Source of the DNA: Flavobacteriales bacterium
GTDB lineage: Bacteria > Bacteroidota > Bacteroidia > Flavobacteriales_E > Vicingaceae
Direction of reading: 5' to 3'
Length of the DNA stretch: 64,000 nucleotides
Assembly (NCBI GenBank): GCA_002706365.1
Contig: PALM01000014.1
Coordinates: forward strand, 11,220-75,219
Shown here: in pieces, positions 46,529 through 57,054 of the stretch
How the letters are laid out: every line of letters begins with the position of its first letter
Numbering within the stretch: the first letter of the stretch is position 1
Made by a program: the position numbers and the translations under genes
Notes under the pieces: model-generated
The model's input: only the letters and a program-made list of their open reading frames with translations
Told to the model about the DNA's origin: nothing
Databases searched by the model: none

Positions 46529-47410
46529 ATGAAAGAATTGAAAGTATTTAGGCTATTGTTCATTTCATTTCTCATTCTAAGTGTTGTTGCATGCGAAGAT
46601 GAGATTGATTTGGACCTGGAAGAAGGAAGAACTCAGCTTGTTGTTGATGCATTCATCACAAATGACAGTAACATTCAAGTAATACGATTAACAACTACGG
46701 CACCATACTTCTTGAATGAAGCTACACCGACCGTAAGTGGCGCAAGTGTCAAGATCATTGGTCCTGCAGCTGTGGAATACATCTTCCAAGATGGCGGTAA
46801 TGGAGATTACACTTACGACCCATCAACTCAAGGCAGATTGGATAGTACCAATTTCACTTACAGACTAGAATTATCATACAATGGTGAGCAATATACTGCT
46901 CATTCTAAATTAAATCCTGTTCCACCTATAGACAGCATGACAGTTGCTTTTGAAGAAGAAGAATTAGGTTCAGAAGAAGGATATTACACACAATTTTGGG
47001 CTCGCGACTTCGTTGGAACCCAAGATTTCTACTGGATCAAAGCATTTAAGAATGGTGAACCAATTAGACCAGACAACCCTTCTAGCCTAATACTTTCAGA
47101 AGATGCCGCCTTTGGAGGTAATGGGGCTGATGGATTTGTTTTCATTCTACCGCTTAGAGCTGCTATTACAAATTCAGACGAGCCCTTTGAGATTGGCGAT
47201 GTAAGTTCTGTAGAATTACTAAGCTTGAATGAAGATGTTTTTGAATACTTGGATCAAGTAACTATTCAAGCTAACAATGGTGGACTATTCGCAACTCCTC
47301 CCTCTAATATCAGAACAAACATCAGAGATATTAACGGGGGTTTGCAAGATGAAGTTTTGGGTGTATTTTCGCTATCTTCCATTAGTAGAAACGCTATTCA
47401 AATTCAATAA
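46529..47410 (+). CDS. DUF4249-like lipoprotein
   Basis: Lipobox LSVVAC. It lies immediately downstream of the receptor. The family name is from memory of this conserved gene pair. Confidence 0.55.
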   Translation: MKELKVFRLLFISFLILSVVACEDEIDLDLEEGRTQLVVDAFITNDSNIQVIRLTTTAPYFLNEATPTVSGASVKIIGPAAVEYIFQDGGNGDYTYDPSTQGRLDSTNFTYRLELSYNGEQYTAHSKLNPVPPIDSMTVAFEEEELGSEEGYYTQFWARDFVGTQDFYWIKAFKNGEPIRPDNPSSLILSEDAAFGGNGADGFVFILPLRAAITNSDEPFEIGDVSSVELLSLNEDVFEYLDQVTIQANNGGLFATPPSNIRTNIRDINGGLQDEVLGVFSLSSISRNAIQIQ

Positions 47411-48198
47411 TGAAAAGATTACCATTCATATCCGCTCTTCTAATAAGCACATTTCTCTTTGCTTGTGCAGGTTCTAATGTAGTCACGAACGGAGAGAATG
47501 GGACTCATCCATCAGAAGATGCGATTCTATGGCAACAAACCTCAGCCGAGTATAAAGCGCTTTGTTATCAGGCATTTAATGCAGCAAAGATTAGAATTGA
47601 AATGATCGAAAGCGGTCAATCTGATATGGCTGTCACAGATAATATGGCTGTGATCATGGACCTTGATGAAACCGTACTAGACAATAGCCCTTATGCTGTT
47701 AAGATGATGCGGGAGGGGAAAAGATATTCAGAAGAGAGTTGGACCGAATGGGTGAATAAAAAGGAAGCTGAATTAGTTCCAGGAGCTCAAGACTTTATTA
47801 CCTTCTTGTATGAGAAAGGAATCAATGTGATCTTCATTAGCAATCGAGATGTATCACTAATAAAGCCAACTATCCAAAACCTTGCTAAGTATGGGATAGA
47901 AGCAGGACCAGATAATCTTTTCCTAAAAGCAAGCAATACTAAGGAAGAGCGCAGGAATAAACTAACCTCCTACTCAATTGCAATGCTTATTGGAGATAAT
48001 CTAGCCGATCTAGACGCCCTCTTTGAGGAAAAGCTCGATCTTAAGCAAAGAGACAAATTGGTAAACACCGAATTCTCTGATGAGTTTGGAAGAAGGCTTA
48101 TCATCTTACCAAATCCACTTTACGGAGATTGGATGGATGCACTTGAACGCACTGCGAGAAAAAGAGAAGATCAGCTTAATCTTCTAAAGTCGTACTAA
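47410..48198 (+). CDS. e(P4)-family 5'-nucleotidase / class C acid phosphatase lipoprotein (HAD superfamily)
   Basis: Lipobox LFAC, DLDETVLDN and GDNLADLD motifs. Confidence 0.8.
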   Translation: MKRLPFISALLISTFLFACAGSNVVTNGENGTHPSEDAILWQQTSAEYKALCYQAFNAAKIRIEMIESGQSDMAVTDNMAVIMDLDETVLDNSPYAVKMMREGKRYSEESWTEWVNKKEAELVPGAQDFITFLYEKGINVIFISNRDVSLIKPTIQNLAKYGIEAGPDNLFLKASNTKEERRNKLTSYSIAMLIGDNLADLDALFEEKLDLKQRDKLVNTEFSDEFGRRLIILPNPLYGDWMDALERTARKREDQLNLLKSY

Positions 48199-48201
48199 GA
48201 C

Positions 48202-50616
48202 TTACTTGGCCTTTGTCTTCAACAAGGCTTCATCTAGTACCTCAGACATCTCCTCAACATAGGTAAACTTCAGACCTTTCAAGTAATCAGCCTTGATCTG
48301 GTCTACGTCTTTCTTATTGTCTTTTGAAAGGATGATCTCTTTGATATCTGCTCTTTTTGCAGCCAATATCTTCTCTTTGATCCCCCCTACTGCCAACACT
48401 CTACCTCTTAAGGTGATTTCACCTGTCATAGCGAGATTCTTCTTCACCTTACGCTTAGTGAAAGCAGACACAAGCGCCGTTAACATGGTAATTCCTGCTG
48501 AAGGACCATCTTTTGGTGTAGCACCTTCTGGCACGTGAATATGAACATTGAGGTTCTCAAATGAATCTATTCCTATCTCCAACTCATCTGCGTGTGCTCT
48601 AATGTACTCTAAGGCAATCATTGCAGATTCCTTCATCACATCACCCAAATTACCTGTTAGCGTAAGCTTTCCTTTGCCTTTGCTCAAGCTCACTTCAATA
48701 AAGAGTATGTCCCCTCCTACTTGTGTCCAGGCCAATCCTGTGACCACTCCGGCAACATCATTGCCTTGATACTTATCTTTCGAATGTCCGGGGCCTAGAA
48801 TCTTTTCAACCATTTCAGCAGTCAGACTTGCCTGATACTCTTCTTCCATGGCTATTGATTTCGCAGCAAATCGCACTAGCTTGCCCAATCGTTTCTCAAG
48901 ATTTCTCACACCTGATTCTCTGGTGTATTCTTCACAAACTTTTTCAATGATTTCCTGACTGATTTTGATCTGATCATTCTTCAAGCCATTGTCTTTGATA
49001 AGCTTTGGAATCAAATGCTTCTTGGCGATCTGCACCTTTTCTTCTAAGGTATAACCATTGATCTCTATGATCTCCATTCGATCTCTCAGGGCCGGTTGAA
49101 TGGTGGCTAAATTGTTTGCTGTTGCGATGAACAAGACATTGGAAAGATCGTAGTCAAGCTCGATGAAATTGTCATTGAAGGCATCGTTCTGCTCCGGATC
49201 CAAGACTTCTAATAATGCAGAAGATGGGTCTCCCTGAAAGTCTTTTCCCACCTTATCGATCTCATCCAATACGAAAACCGGATTTGAAGTTCCCGCCTTC
49301 TTTAGATTTTGAAGTATCCTTCCCGGCATAGCGCCGATATAGGTCTTACGGTGACCGCGAATCTCAGCTTCATCTCTCAATCCACCCAATGACATCCTCA
49401 CATACTTTCTTCCCAAGGCATCGGCGACAGATTTACCCAAAGAGGTTTTACCTACTCCGGGAGGGCCATACAAACAGAGGATTGGCGACTTCATATTGCC
49501 CTTCAATTTCAGAACGGCTAAATGTTCTATGATGCGATCCTTCACTTCCTCTAATCCGAAATGATCCCTGTCGAGCACCTTTTTTGCTCTGGCTAGATCG
49601 AAGTTATCTTTAGAGTTCTCGTCCCAAGGCAGATCCAGCATGGTTTCTACATAATTGATCTGCACTGAATATTCTGCAGAAGCTGAATTGATGCGCTGAA
49701 GTTTGGCCAACTCCTTCTCGAATCGCTCCTTCGCGGCTCTCGGCCATTTCTTCTTTTCAGCTCTTTTCTCAAATTCTTTGATCTCCTGATCTTGTGGACT
49801 CCCGCCCAGCTCTTCCTGAATCATCTTCATTTGTTGATTGAGGAAGTATTCTTTCTGCTGCTGATCGATATCCGTCTTAACTTTAGACTGTATATCATTC
49901 TTCAGCTCGAGAAGCTTAAGCTCCTTGGTAACGTGTTTCAATAAGATCTCTGCCCTATTGCGAATATTCGTCTCTTCAAGTAATGCCTGCTTCTCCTTTA
50001 CCTCTGCATTCATATTGGAGGCAATGAAGTTGATCAAGAAGGAACTACTCTCGATGTTCTTAATGGCAAAAGAAGCTTCTGAAGGTATATTTGGAGACTG
50101 CTCAATAATACGCAGTGCCATGTCCTTGATAGAGTCTACCAAAGCTCCAAACTTGGCATCTTTTGGGGTTTTATTCACTTCATATGAGCCAATTTGAGCC
50201 TTTATGTATGGATCAGACTCGATAAAGTCGATCAGCTTGAAGCGCTTCTTACCTTGAATGATCACCGTAGTATTCCCATCGGGCATTCTAAACATCTTCA
50301 ATATCCTCGCAACTGTACCAACTTCATACAAATGCTCCTTAGAAGGCTCTTCAATAGAGTCATCTGTCTGAGAGATCACACCAATTACCTTATCGGCCTT
50401 ATTGGCATCCTGTATCAATTTGATCGACTTATCCCTTCCCACCGTAATTGGAATCACTACGCCTGGGAACAAGACGGTATTTCGCAATGGAAGTATAGGC
50501 AATACATCCGGAGTCTTCTCCTGATTCATCTCCTCCTCATCCTCAGAGGTCATTAGGGGGATGAATTCTGTCTCATCATCAATTACTCCAGAAAACTTAT
50601 AATTATCGAAATTCAT
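48202..50616 (-). CDS. lon: Lon protease (endopeptidase La)
   Basis: LON N-domain, Walker [10 protein letters not shown], catalytic [11 protein letters not shown] at 50616 preferred to the track TTG at 50637. Confidence 0.95.
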   Translation of the reverse strand: MNFDNYKFSGVIDDETEFIPLMTSEDEEEMNQEKTPDVLPILPLRNTVLFPGVVIPITVGRDKSIKLIQDANKADKVIGVISQTDDSIEEPSKEHLYEVGTVARILKMFRMPDGNTTVIIQGKKRFKLIDFIESDPYIKAQIGSYEVNKTPKDAKFGALVDSIKDMALRIIEQSPNIPSEASFAIKNIESSSFLINFIASNMNAEVKEKQALLEETNIRNRAEILLKHVTKELKLLELKNDIQSKVKTDIDQQQKEYFLNQQMKMIQEELGGSPQDQEIKEFEKRAEKKKWPRAAKERFEKELAKLQRINSASAEYSVQINYVETMLDLPWDENSKDNFDLARAKKVLDRDHFGLEEVKDRIIEHLAVLKLKGNMKSPILCLYGPPGVGKTSLGKSVADALGRKYVRMSLGGLRDEAEIRGHRKTYIGAMPGRILQNLKKAGTSNPVFVLDEIDKVGKDFQGDPSSALLEVLDPEQNDAFNDNFIELDYDLSNVLFIATANNLATIQPALRDRMEIIEINGYTLEEKVQIAKKHLIPKLIKDNGLKNDQIKISQEIIEKVCEEYTRESGVRNLEKRLGKLVRFAAKSIAMEEEYQASLTAEMVEKILGPGHSKDKYQGNDVAGVVTGLAWTQVGGDILFIEVSLSKGKGKLTLTGNLGDVMKESAMIALEYIRAHADELEIGIDSFENLNVHIHVPEGATPKDGPSAGITMLTALVSAFTKRKVKKNLAMTGEITLRGRVLAVGGIKEKILAAKRADIKEIILSKDNKKDVDQIKADYLKGLKFTYVEEMSEVLDEALLKTKAK

Positions 50617-50738
50617 ATATCTTCTTCTATAGGTCAAAATGTCAGAAAAGTAAGTTAATGCCTACTTATCTGTTATGAAGACGGATAAACTCAACAGCTA
50701 TGCCAAAAAATCAAGCTGCTTTTCTGTCAGTTGGAATA

Positions 50739-51923
50739 TTAAAAATTGCGGTAAGGGGCACTTAGTTCATGTACCTTGGTGAGAATCGCTCTATCTGCAT
50801 CTGTAAGCTCTATACCTCTTCTCTCCATCATTCGCTCTGCAACTTCGAATGCAGTATTCAAACGATACTGTATCCATTTATCTGCTCCACCCCAGGCAAA
50901 AGAAGGAATGAAGTTCCTTGGGAATCCCGCTCCAAATACATTTGCACTTACTCCAACAACAGTGGCGGTATTGAACATGGTATTGATACCCGCCTTTGAG
51001 TGATCTGCCATCATAAGTCCACAAAACTGTCGGCCAGAATTTAGAAAGCCTCCTTTGCGGTAATTCCACACTTTTATATCGGCATAATTGTTCTTGAGGT
51101 TTGACACATTCGTATCGGCTCCAAGATTACACCATTCGCCAATTACAGAATTCCCTAAGAAGCCATCATGCCCCTTGTTGGAATAGCCAAAGATCACAGA
51201 ATTGTTCACCTCTCCTCCTATTTTGGAATGCGGACCAACAGTAGTAGCTCCGTATACTTTGGTAGATAACTTCAAAGCAGAACTCTCGCAAAGCGCTAGT
51301 CCTCCTCTTACTACAGAACCTTCCATTATCTCTGCATTCTTTCCAAGGTAAATTGGTCCTGTGGTAGAGTTTAAGATCGCCGCTTTAACTTTTGCTCCTT
51401 CTTCAAGAAAAATGCGATCTCCAAAGACTTGATTACTCGGATCAATTGGTTTTGATCTTCTTCCCTTAGTGATTAGCTCATAATCTCTCTCCAATTCTCT
51501 GGCATTGAGGGAGAAGATATCCCACATATAATTGATCTTGATTGCTTCCCCTTCAAACTTCACCGTCTCAAATCCATCAGCTGTGATATTATCGTAAGTG
51601 AGTTCCTTCTCGGTTCTTATCGCCAGCACAGACCCTTCATTATCAACTAAACATTGATTATTCTGAAGTCGGTGAATCCATTCAACAAGCTCATCAGAAG
51701 ACAGCAGATTGCCACTTAGATATATGTTCTTCTGCGCATCGTGTTTCAGCGAATACTTTACTTGCAAATAATCTACAGTTGAGAAAGAAAAATTACCATC
51801 GGGAATACGCTTCTCCCACTTTTCCTTAAGGGTAAGGATACCGCAGCGGAATTCAGCTATAGGCCTAGTGTATGAGAGTGGCAAAAGATCTTCTCTATGC
51901 TCGTCGAATAAGATAAAGTTCAT
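50739..51923 (-). CDS. GlmU-like putative sugar nucleotidyltransferase (left-handed beta-helix C-terminal half)
   Basis: N-terminus ILFDEHREDLLPLSYTRP and hexapeptide-repeat-like C-terminal half. ATG at 51923 preferred because the TTG at 51941 lies inside a TAnnTTTG box. Confidence 0.65.
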   Translation of the reverse strand: MNFILFDEHREDLLPLSYTRPIAEFRCGILTLKEKWEKRIPDGNFSFSTVDYLQVKYSLKHDAQKNIYLSGNLLSSDELVEWIHRLQNNQCLVDNEGSVLAIRTEKELTYDNITADGFETVKFEGEAIKINYMWDIFSLNARELERDYELITKGRRSKPIDPSNQVFGDRIFLEEGAKVKAAILNSTTGPIYLGKNAEIMEGSVVRGGLALCESSALKLSTKVYGATTVGPHSKIGGEVNNSVIFGYSNKGHDGFLGNSVIGEWCNLGADTNVSNLKNNYADIKVWNYRKGGFLNSGRQFCGLMMADHSKAGINTMFNTATVVGVSANVFGAGFPRNFIPSFAWGGADKWIQYRLNTAFEVAERMMERRGIELTDADRAILTKVHELSAPYRNF

Positions 51924-51938
51924 GAGTACGATTTCCCA

Positions 51939-51946
51939 CAAAAATA
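51939..51946 (-). promoter_or_regulatory. Candidate -7 box (TATTTTTG on minus strand)
   Basis: TAnnTTTG match 15 nt upstream of the ATG at 51923. Confidence 0.35.
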
Positions 51947-51979
51947 AATTTTTAATATCGCTAGACTTATCTTCGCCTC

Positions 51980-52147
51980 ATGTATTTAAAAGACCGTATC
52001 AGACTATTTGTAGCAATTGGGGTTCTGATCATGATCGGATTGAGCTATTTTATTAGCGGAGATAAGGATTTAGCGGGCTATTTCGCTATTGGCGGATTGC
52101 TAATCTATCTTGGAGCTATGTTCTATTTACGCCGTTCAGGCGATTGA
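51980..52147 (+). CDS. Possible 55-aa two-TM membrane peptide (below the ORF-track cutoff)
   Basis: My hand translation is MYLKDRIRLFVAIGVLIMIGLSYFISGDKDLAGYFAIGGLLIYLGAMFYLRRSGD. This shows two hydrophobic helices with basic ends. The 3' end overlaps the convergent MMPL gene by 25 nt. Confidence 0.3.
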   Translation: MYLKDRIRLFVAIGVLIMIGLSYFISGDKDLAGYFAIGGLLIYLGAMFYLRRSGD

Positions 52148-54411
52148 TTCCGCTTCAATAAAAGCAATGGCAGTAAGGTGAGATCTGTCACCAATGCAAA
52201 AAGCAAGGTCATGCTCACGAAGAGACCAATATAAAAGGTGCTTAGGAAATCTGAGAACAACAAGCTTACAAAGCCTCCCAATAATATTATCGTAGTAAGT
52301 GAGATTGCCTTCCCCGTTGAAATGAAAGTCCGCCTTACCGCAAATAGATTGCTCCTTCCCATTTGCAATTCTTGTCGGTACCGGCTCAAAAAATGAATGG
52401 TATCATCAACGGCTATTCCAAATGCAATGGTGAATACAATTGCTGTAGTCATATTTAGATCGATGTTGCTAAAACCAATGAAACCAGCTGTTAAAAGGAT
52501 TGGGAAGATGTTAGGTACAAGGGATAGAAAGGCCATCTTCACCGACTTGAATAGAATACCCATAGATATTGCAATCAGTGCAAATGCGGTAAATAATCCC
52601 AGGATTATTGTTCTGGAAATCTGCCTACCTCCCTTATCAATGATCACAGGAGTGCCAGTGAGTTTATACTCCAATATGGTGGAATCTACATTCTTTTCCA
52701 TGAATTCAGTGAGTTGGGAATTCTTTTCCAGCATGGCTAAACTTCCCGGATCGATCATTCTACCACTTATCCTTCCCATCTTTCCATCTCTTGCGATTAA
52801 TTGCTCCAGATCTGAACTCATTCCAGAATTGCTCAATTGCTTATAGAGATAGTCATACCTCTTCTTTGATTCGGGTATTTTGAAGTATTCTAGCCGATTA
52901 TTTCTCAAACTCTTATTCAGAAATTTAATAGGATAGCTTGGACTCAATACTTGATTCACTCCAAAATCAGCTGAAAGGAAGTTGTCGATCTTTTCAATCT
53001 CTAGCATTACTTCATGATCAGTGATCTTAAGTTCACCCTTGGGCATAATTGCCATCTCAAAGGGTCTAACACCGCCGAATTGCTCGAAGTACCTCGACTC
53101 CTGCATCAATGGGTGCTCTTCACTCAGGTCTTGCATTAAGAAGTAGTCGAACTTAATATTCAATGCTCCAATGATACTCCCTACACTTAATAAGAAATAG
53201 AAGAGCAAGACCAGCTTTCTCTTCTTTAAAAGCAATGTAAATAGCTTGGCTAAGCTCACTTCCCATGATTTGCGACCAACTTGCTTCAGGCTGATCTTAG
53301 GAATAGGCAAGATCATAAAGATGGCAGTGATAAAGAAAACTGCAAGCACAAAAGCCAGTACTACCCCAATTGCGGTGAAAATACCAAAGGTTTGAACCGG
53401 CTTCATCTGCACACCAATAAGGGTTATGAATCCCAATGCAGTTGTGAGTGAAGTGAGTAAAGTAGCCATACCCACCTTCTTCACCATCCATTTTAGCGCC
53501 TCTACTTTATCCCTACCCCTTCTCAACTCTTCAAGGTATTTAGAGATCAAGTGGATCACATCCGACATACCAACTACCAACATGATCACTGGCAATAGGG
53601 TAGTCATCATGTTTAGGTATGAACCACTGAGCTCCATTATTCCAAGACTCCCCACTATAGCTAAAAGCACCGTAAGCAAAGGAATAGCTAATCCCCAAAG
53701 CGATCGATATGAAATCCACAGAAAGACAATCACGATGCAAATAGAGATGAGCATGAATTTGAGGAACTCGGTCTTCAAGACATCTATATAGGCCTGCTGA
53801 CCCAAGATCTTACCCAAGATATGCACCTCTTTGAAATCTTGTAGATCTGCCAATGCAATCAATTCACTCGCCAGTTCATCAGATTTCTCCTTAGAGATCA
53901 TCTGCACATTCTTTAAAATGAGCATGATGGTGTTTTGCTCAAGCTTTAGAAAAGGATAGATCGGCTCTGTAGAATCGCTCAGTAAAGCCATGTCTTCTTC
54001 TGAGTAATCCCTATCCGGACTCAAATAGTAGCGTTGAACCGGAATACTTCCAGATCTTGAAAAATCGAGCTTCTTCATATCGAGCGGACTGATCAATTCT
54101 CGAATATGAGGTAGCTGTCGAAGTGAATCGGAGAATTGCTGAACAGAGCTTAAAAAGGTGGAATCGAGAATAGAACCATCATTCACTACAGAAATGAGAA
54201 TGAAGTCGTTATCATTCTCAAAATAATCTCGAAACTCTTGGTAGAAAGTCAGGTCTTCATTTTCCTGTGGGAAAAACTTCTCAAAATCGTAATCGAACTG
54301 CAGATTGGCCGCTCTATAGCCAAGGAACAATAGAATGACAGTAAGTATTGTCAATACCCATATGCCATTGCGTTGTGGTTTCTTAAAATATTTATTTAAC
54401 AGTTTATCCAA
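52123..54411 (-). CDS. MMPL/RND-superfamily transporter
   Basis: 762 aa, built from two repeats of (1 TM + periplasmic domain + 5 TM helices) as in MMPL/HpnN-type RND proteins. Confidence 0.8.
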   Translation of the reverse strand: MDKLLNKYFKKPQRNGIWVLTILTVILLFLGYRAANLQFDYDFEKFFPQENEDLTFYQEFRDYFENDNDFILISVVNDGSILDSTFLSSVQQFSDSLRQLPHIRELISPLDMKKLDFSRSGSIPVQRYYLSPDRDYSEEDMALLSDSTEPIYPFLKLEQNTIMLILKNVQMISKEKSDELASELIALADLQDFKEVHILGKILGQQAYIDVLKTEFLKFMLISICIVIVFLWISYRSLWGLAIPLLTVLLAIVGSLGIMELSGSYLNMMTTLLPVIMLVVGMSDVIHLISKYLEELRRGRDKVEALKWMVKKVGMATLLTSLTTALGFITLIGVQMKPVQTFGIFTAIGVVLAFVLAVFFITAIFMILPIPKISLKQVGRKSWEVSLAKLFTLLLKKRKLVLLFYFLLSVGSIIGALNIKFDYFLMQDLSEEHPLMQESRYFEQFGGVRPFEMAIMPKGELKITDHEVMLEIEKIDNFLSADFGVNQVLSPSYPIKFLNKSLRNNRLEYFKIPESKKRYDYLYKQLSNSGMSSDLEQLIARDGKMGRISGRMIDPGSLAMLEKNSQLTEFMEKNVDSTILEYKLTGTPVIIDKGGRQISRTIILGLFTAFALIAISMGILFKSVKMAFLSLVPNIFPILLTAGFIGFSNIDLNMTTAIVFTIAFGIAVDDTIHFLSRYRQELQMGRSNLFAVRRTFISTGKAISLTTIILLGGFVSLLFSDFLSTFYIGLFVSMTLLFALVTDLTLLPLLLLKRNQSPERRK

Positions 54412-54417
54412 TCTGAT

Positions 54418-56070
54418 CTAAGGCAACTTCTTCGCGTATTTCAACATCAGATGATTCATTGGGTTCACCCTAAAGTTGGAAATATTTGGAGAGATAAAAT
54501 GTACTTGCTGATCGTAGAAAAGAGGAAGCACAGCTACTTCAGCCATGATCATGCTATCGAGCCGACGATAATACACATTTCTTTTTGCTTCATCATCCAA
54601 TTGAAGGGCCACAGAGAATAGACTGTCATAAGTTGAAGAAGAGAAATGAGTGTAGTTGGGACCGGATGGTGAGAAATTACGACTGAGAAAAAGAGATAGA
54701 TAATTTTCAGCATCGGGATAATCTGCAACCCATGACTTCCTAAAGGTGGGGAGTTTGCCAAATGCAATGAGTTCGTTGTTTGTTGCAGGTGGATTCACTT
54801 CGATCTTTACTTTGATCCCCCTCTCATTTAATTGATGTTGAATGAATTCGCAAATGTCCATGTACTCAGAGGTAGTCCCAAGAATAATCGGTTCTTCTTC
54901 AGCATTCCACTGATGCTTTTGATTGAAGCGATTGAAATAGAATTCACTGGAATCCAGATCATAGCTATATCCATACTTGGCTTCTTTATCGAAAGCGGTT
55001 AAACCAATTGGGATAAAACCGGCATAGGCTGGAGTACCAATATCGTTTCTCAGGTACTTTAACATCTTCTCTTTGTCAATAGCATAGCTAATTGCTTTGC
55101 GCAAATCTTTACTTTGAATTGCAGTAGCAGCTTGAATGCTATCAGAGTCTAATTGGAAGCCCAAATACTCTGTATTCAAATACGGTAGCTTTACAAACTC
55201 CAACTTATCCTTATACTCAGCTCTGAGTGCTCCACTTTGATCCAATAACTCATCTTTATAGCTTCCCTTTAGACCTGATATAAAGTCAAGTTCACCTTTG
55301 AGGAAGTTTAAGAAAACCACTTCCTGGTCGCGAATAAAGCTTATTGAAATAGCATCCAAATAGGGCAATTGCTCAGCAGATGCATCCTTTTGGAAATAGT
55401 CTGAGTGTTTAAGTAATACCAATTTTCCACTCTTCTTCCAGTATTTGAATTTAAAGGCTCCTGTACCAAGGGGGTGATCCAGGAAATCAAATCCTTCAGT
55501 TTCCAAAGCCTCAGGAGGCACCACAGAACAGTACTGCATACTTAGAATACCCATGAAAGCGGGGAAAGCTTCACTTAAGCGAATCTCCAAAACAGTGTCA
55601 TTGATGGCAGTGATATCCAAACTGCCATCCTCTCTCCTTTTCACTTTGTTCATCACCCATTTACCTGGTGATAGAATCTCTTTCTCAATAAGTCGGTTGA
55701 AAGAATAAACGAAATCAGATGCTTTAACTGTGCGACTGCTATCCTCTCCAAATACTTTTTTATTTGGGTGATAATACACATCATCTCTCAGTATGAATCT
55801 ATAGGTTCTTGCTGAATCCTTTATTTCCCAAGATCTTGCGATAGAGGGCTTCAAATTAAGCTCATCATCCAATTCTACAAGTCCGTCGAACAACTGCTTA
55901 CAGGCATTCACATTATCGATACTTCTTGCAAAAGCCGGATCTACTGAATTCAGGTCGGGTAAATTGATCCTGAGAATGCTTTGATCCCCATATCTATCCT
56001 TAGGTTGACATGCAAATAGAAGGCAAAAAAGAAGACAAGTATGGGAAGTTCTAAACAGGGGCTTTTGCAT
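54418..56070 (-). CDS. Family-5 (peptide/nickel, OppA/DppA-type) substrate-binding lipoprotein, orphan
   Basis: Lipobox LLFAC, 550 aa, SBP_bac_5-like sequence (LVELDDELNLKPSIARSWE, GTGAFKFKYW). Ends 6 nt upstream of the MMPL gene. Confidence 0.75.
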   Translation of the reverse strand: MQKPLFRTSHTCLLFCLLFACQPKDRYGDQSILRINLPDLNSVDPAFARSIDNVNACKQLFDGLVELDDELNLKPSIARSWEIKDSARTYRFILRDDVYYHPNKKVFGEDSSRTVKASDFVYSFNRLIEKEILSPGKWVMNKVKRREDGSLDITAINDTVLEIRLSEAFPAFMGILSMQYCSVVPPEALETEGFDFLDHPLGTGAFKFKYWKKSGKLVLLKHSDYFQKDASAEQLPYLDAISISFIRDQEVVFLNFLKGELDFISGLKGSYKDELLDQSGALRAEYKDKLEFVKLPYLNTEYLGFQLDSDSIQAATAIQSKDLRKAISYAIDKEKMLKYLRNDIGTPAYAGFIPIGLTAFDKEAKYGYSYDLDSSEFYFNRFNQKHQWNAEEEPIILGTTSEYMDICEFIQHQLNERGIKVKIEVNPPATNNELIAFGKLPTFRKSWVADYPDAENYLSLFLSRNFSPSGPNYTHFSSSTYDSLFSVALQLDDEAKRNVYYRRLDSMIMAEVAVLPLFYDQQVHFISPNISNFRVNPMNHLMLKYAKKLP

Positions 56071-56221
56071 TGTACAATTTTATTAATAATTGAGAGATCA
56101 TTTAGTCAATCGATTCCGATGGTAAGTTGAGAAAGTCCGGATTCTAGTAAACAATCTCTTGACCAATTCGTCTACTTTATAGCTTGGATAATTACTTAAA
56201 AATCCTTATTTTATAAAAGAT

Positions 56222-56740
56222 ATGAAACAATTAGAAGAATTAGAATTAAATAAAACAGATCACTTTAATATTAAAATGGATATTGGCATCTCCGAGGCCG
56301 ATAGAAAGATAATTTCCAATGGCTTGTCAAAAGTTTTGGCAGACTCTTATTGCTTGATGATCATGATGCACAACTATCATTGGAACGTAAAGGGAATGAA
56401 TTTCCGTCAGATCCATTTGTTAACTGAAGAGCAATATACAGAGCTTTTTCAGGCTGTGGATGTGATTGCTGAACGCATTCGCGCATTGGGATTTCTGGCG
56501 CCGGGTTCTATGAGTGAGTTTCAGAGCTTATCCTCATTAAAGGAACCGGATTCAAAAGGAACAGATAGTCAAATGATCGCAGATCTAATTCAAGCACATG
56601 AGCATATTGCCAAGAATTCAAGAACACTAATTGCTAAAGCTGAAGATGTGAATGATGAAGCTACAGCTGATTTACTTACTGCTAGGATAGAACTTCATGA
56701 GAAGTCGGCCTGGATGCTAAGAAGCATGCTCGAAAAATAG
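56222..56740 (+). CDS. dps: Dps-family DNA-protection/ferritin-like protein
   Basis: LNKVLADSYCLMIMMHNYHWNVKG and a four-helix ferritin-like layout with the ferroxidase His/Asp/Glu pattern. Confidence 0.9.
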   Translation: MKQLEELELNKTDHFNIKMDIGISEADRKIISNGLSKVLADSYCLMIMMHNYHWNVKGMNFRQIHLLTEEQYTELFQAVDVIAERIRALGFLAPGSMSEFQSLSSLKEPDSKGTDSQMIADLIQAHEHIAKNSRTLIAKAEDVNDEATADLLTARIELHEKSAWMLRSMLEK

Positions 56741-56748
56741 AATATTAT

Positions 56749-57054
56749 ATGAACAATCAATACCAAACCCTATCACAAGCTAGCAAAGCCTTGGCATCTC
56801 AAGGTTTTGTTAATGAGATAGAAATCAAGAATGATAAAGAAGCAATAATTGACGGAGAAGTCTGCAATGTTGAGAATATGGATATAGTAGAATTCCATCG
56901 TTTTGAGGGAATGTCGAACCCCGCAGATTCTTCTGTGATCTATGCCATAGAAGACAAGGAGAAGCACTGCAAGGGAGTTTTAATAGAAGCTTTTGGTGTA
57001 GATGCATCACAAGCTGCTTCATCCCTTTTAAAAAACTTAGAACTAGAACGATGA
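56749..57054 (+). CDS. Conserved-looking hypothetical 101-aa protein
   Basis: ORF 8 nt after dps. The segment FHRFEGMSNPADSSVIYAIE resembles a small Bacteroidota family I recall only vaguely. No function assigned. Confidence 0.55.
   Translation: MNNQYQTLSQASKALASQGFVNEIEIKNDKEAIIDGEVCNVENMDIVEFHRFEGMSNPADSSVIYAIEDKEKHCKGVLIEAFGVDASQAASSLLKNLELER

Noticed and set aside
56080-56089. Perfect 10-bp palindrome TTATTAATAA upstream of the SBP gene and about 130 nt from dps, considered as a Fur/PerR-type box
   Set aside because: It is purely A/T in an AT-rich spacer, too short, and does not extend to a 7-1-7 box. Chance occurrence is likely.
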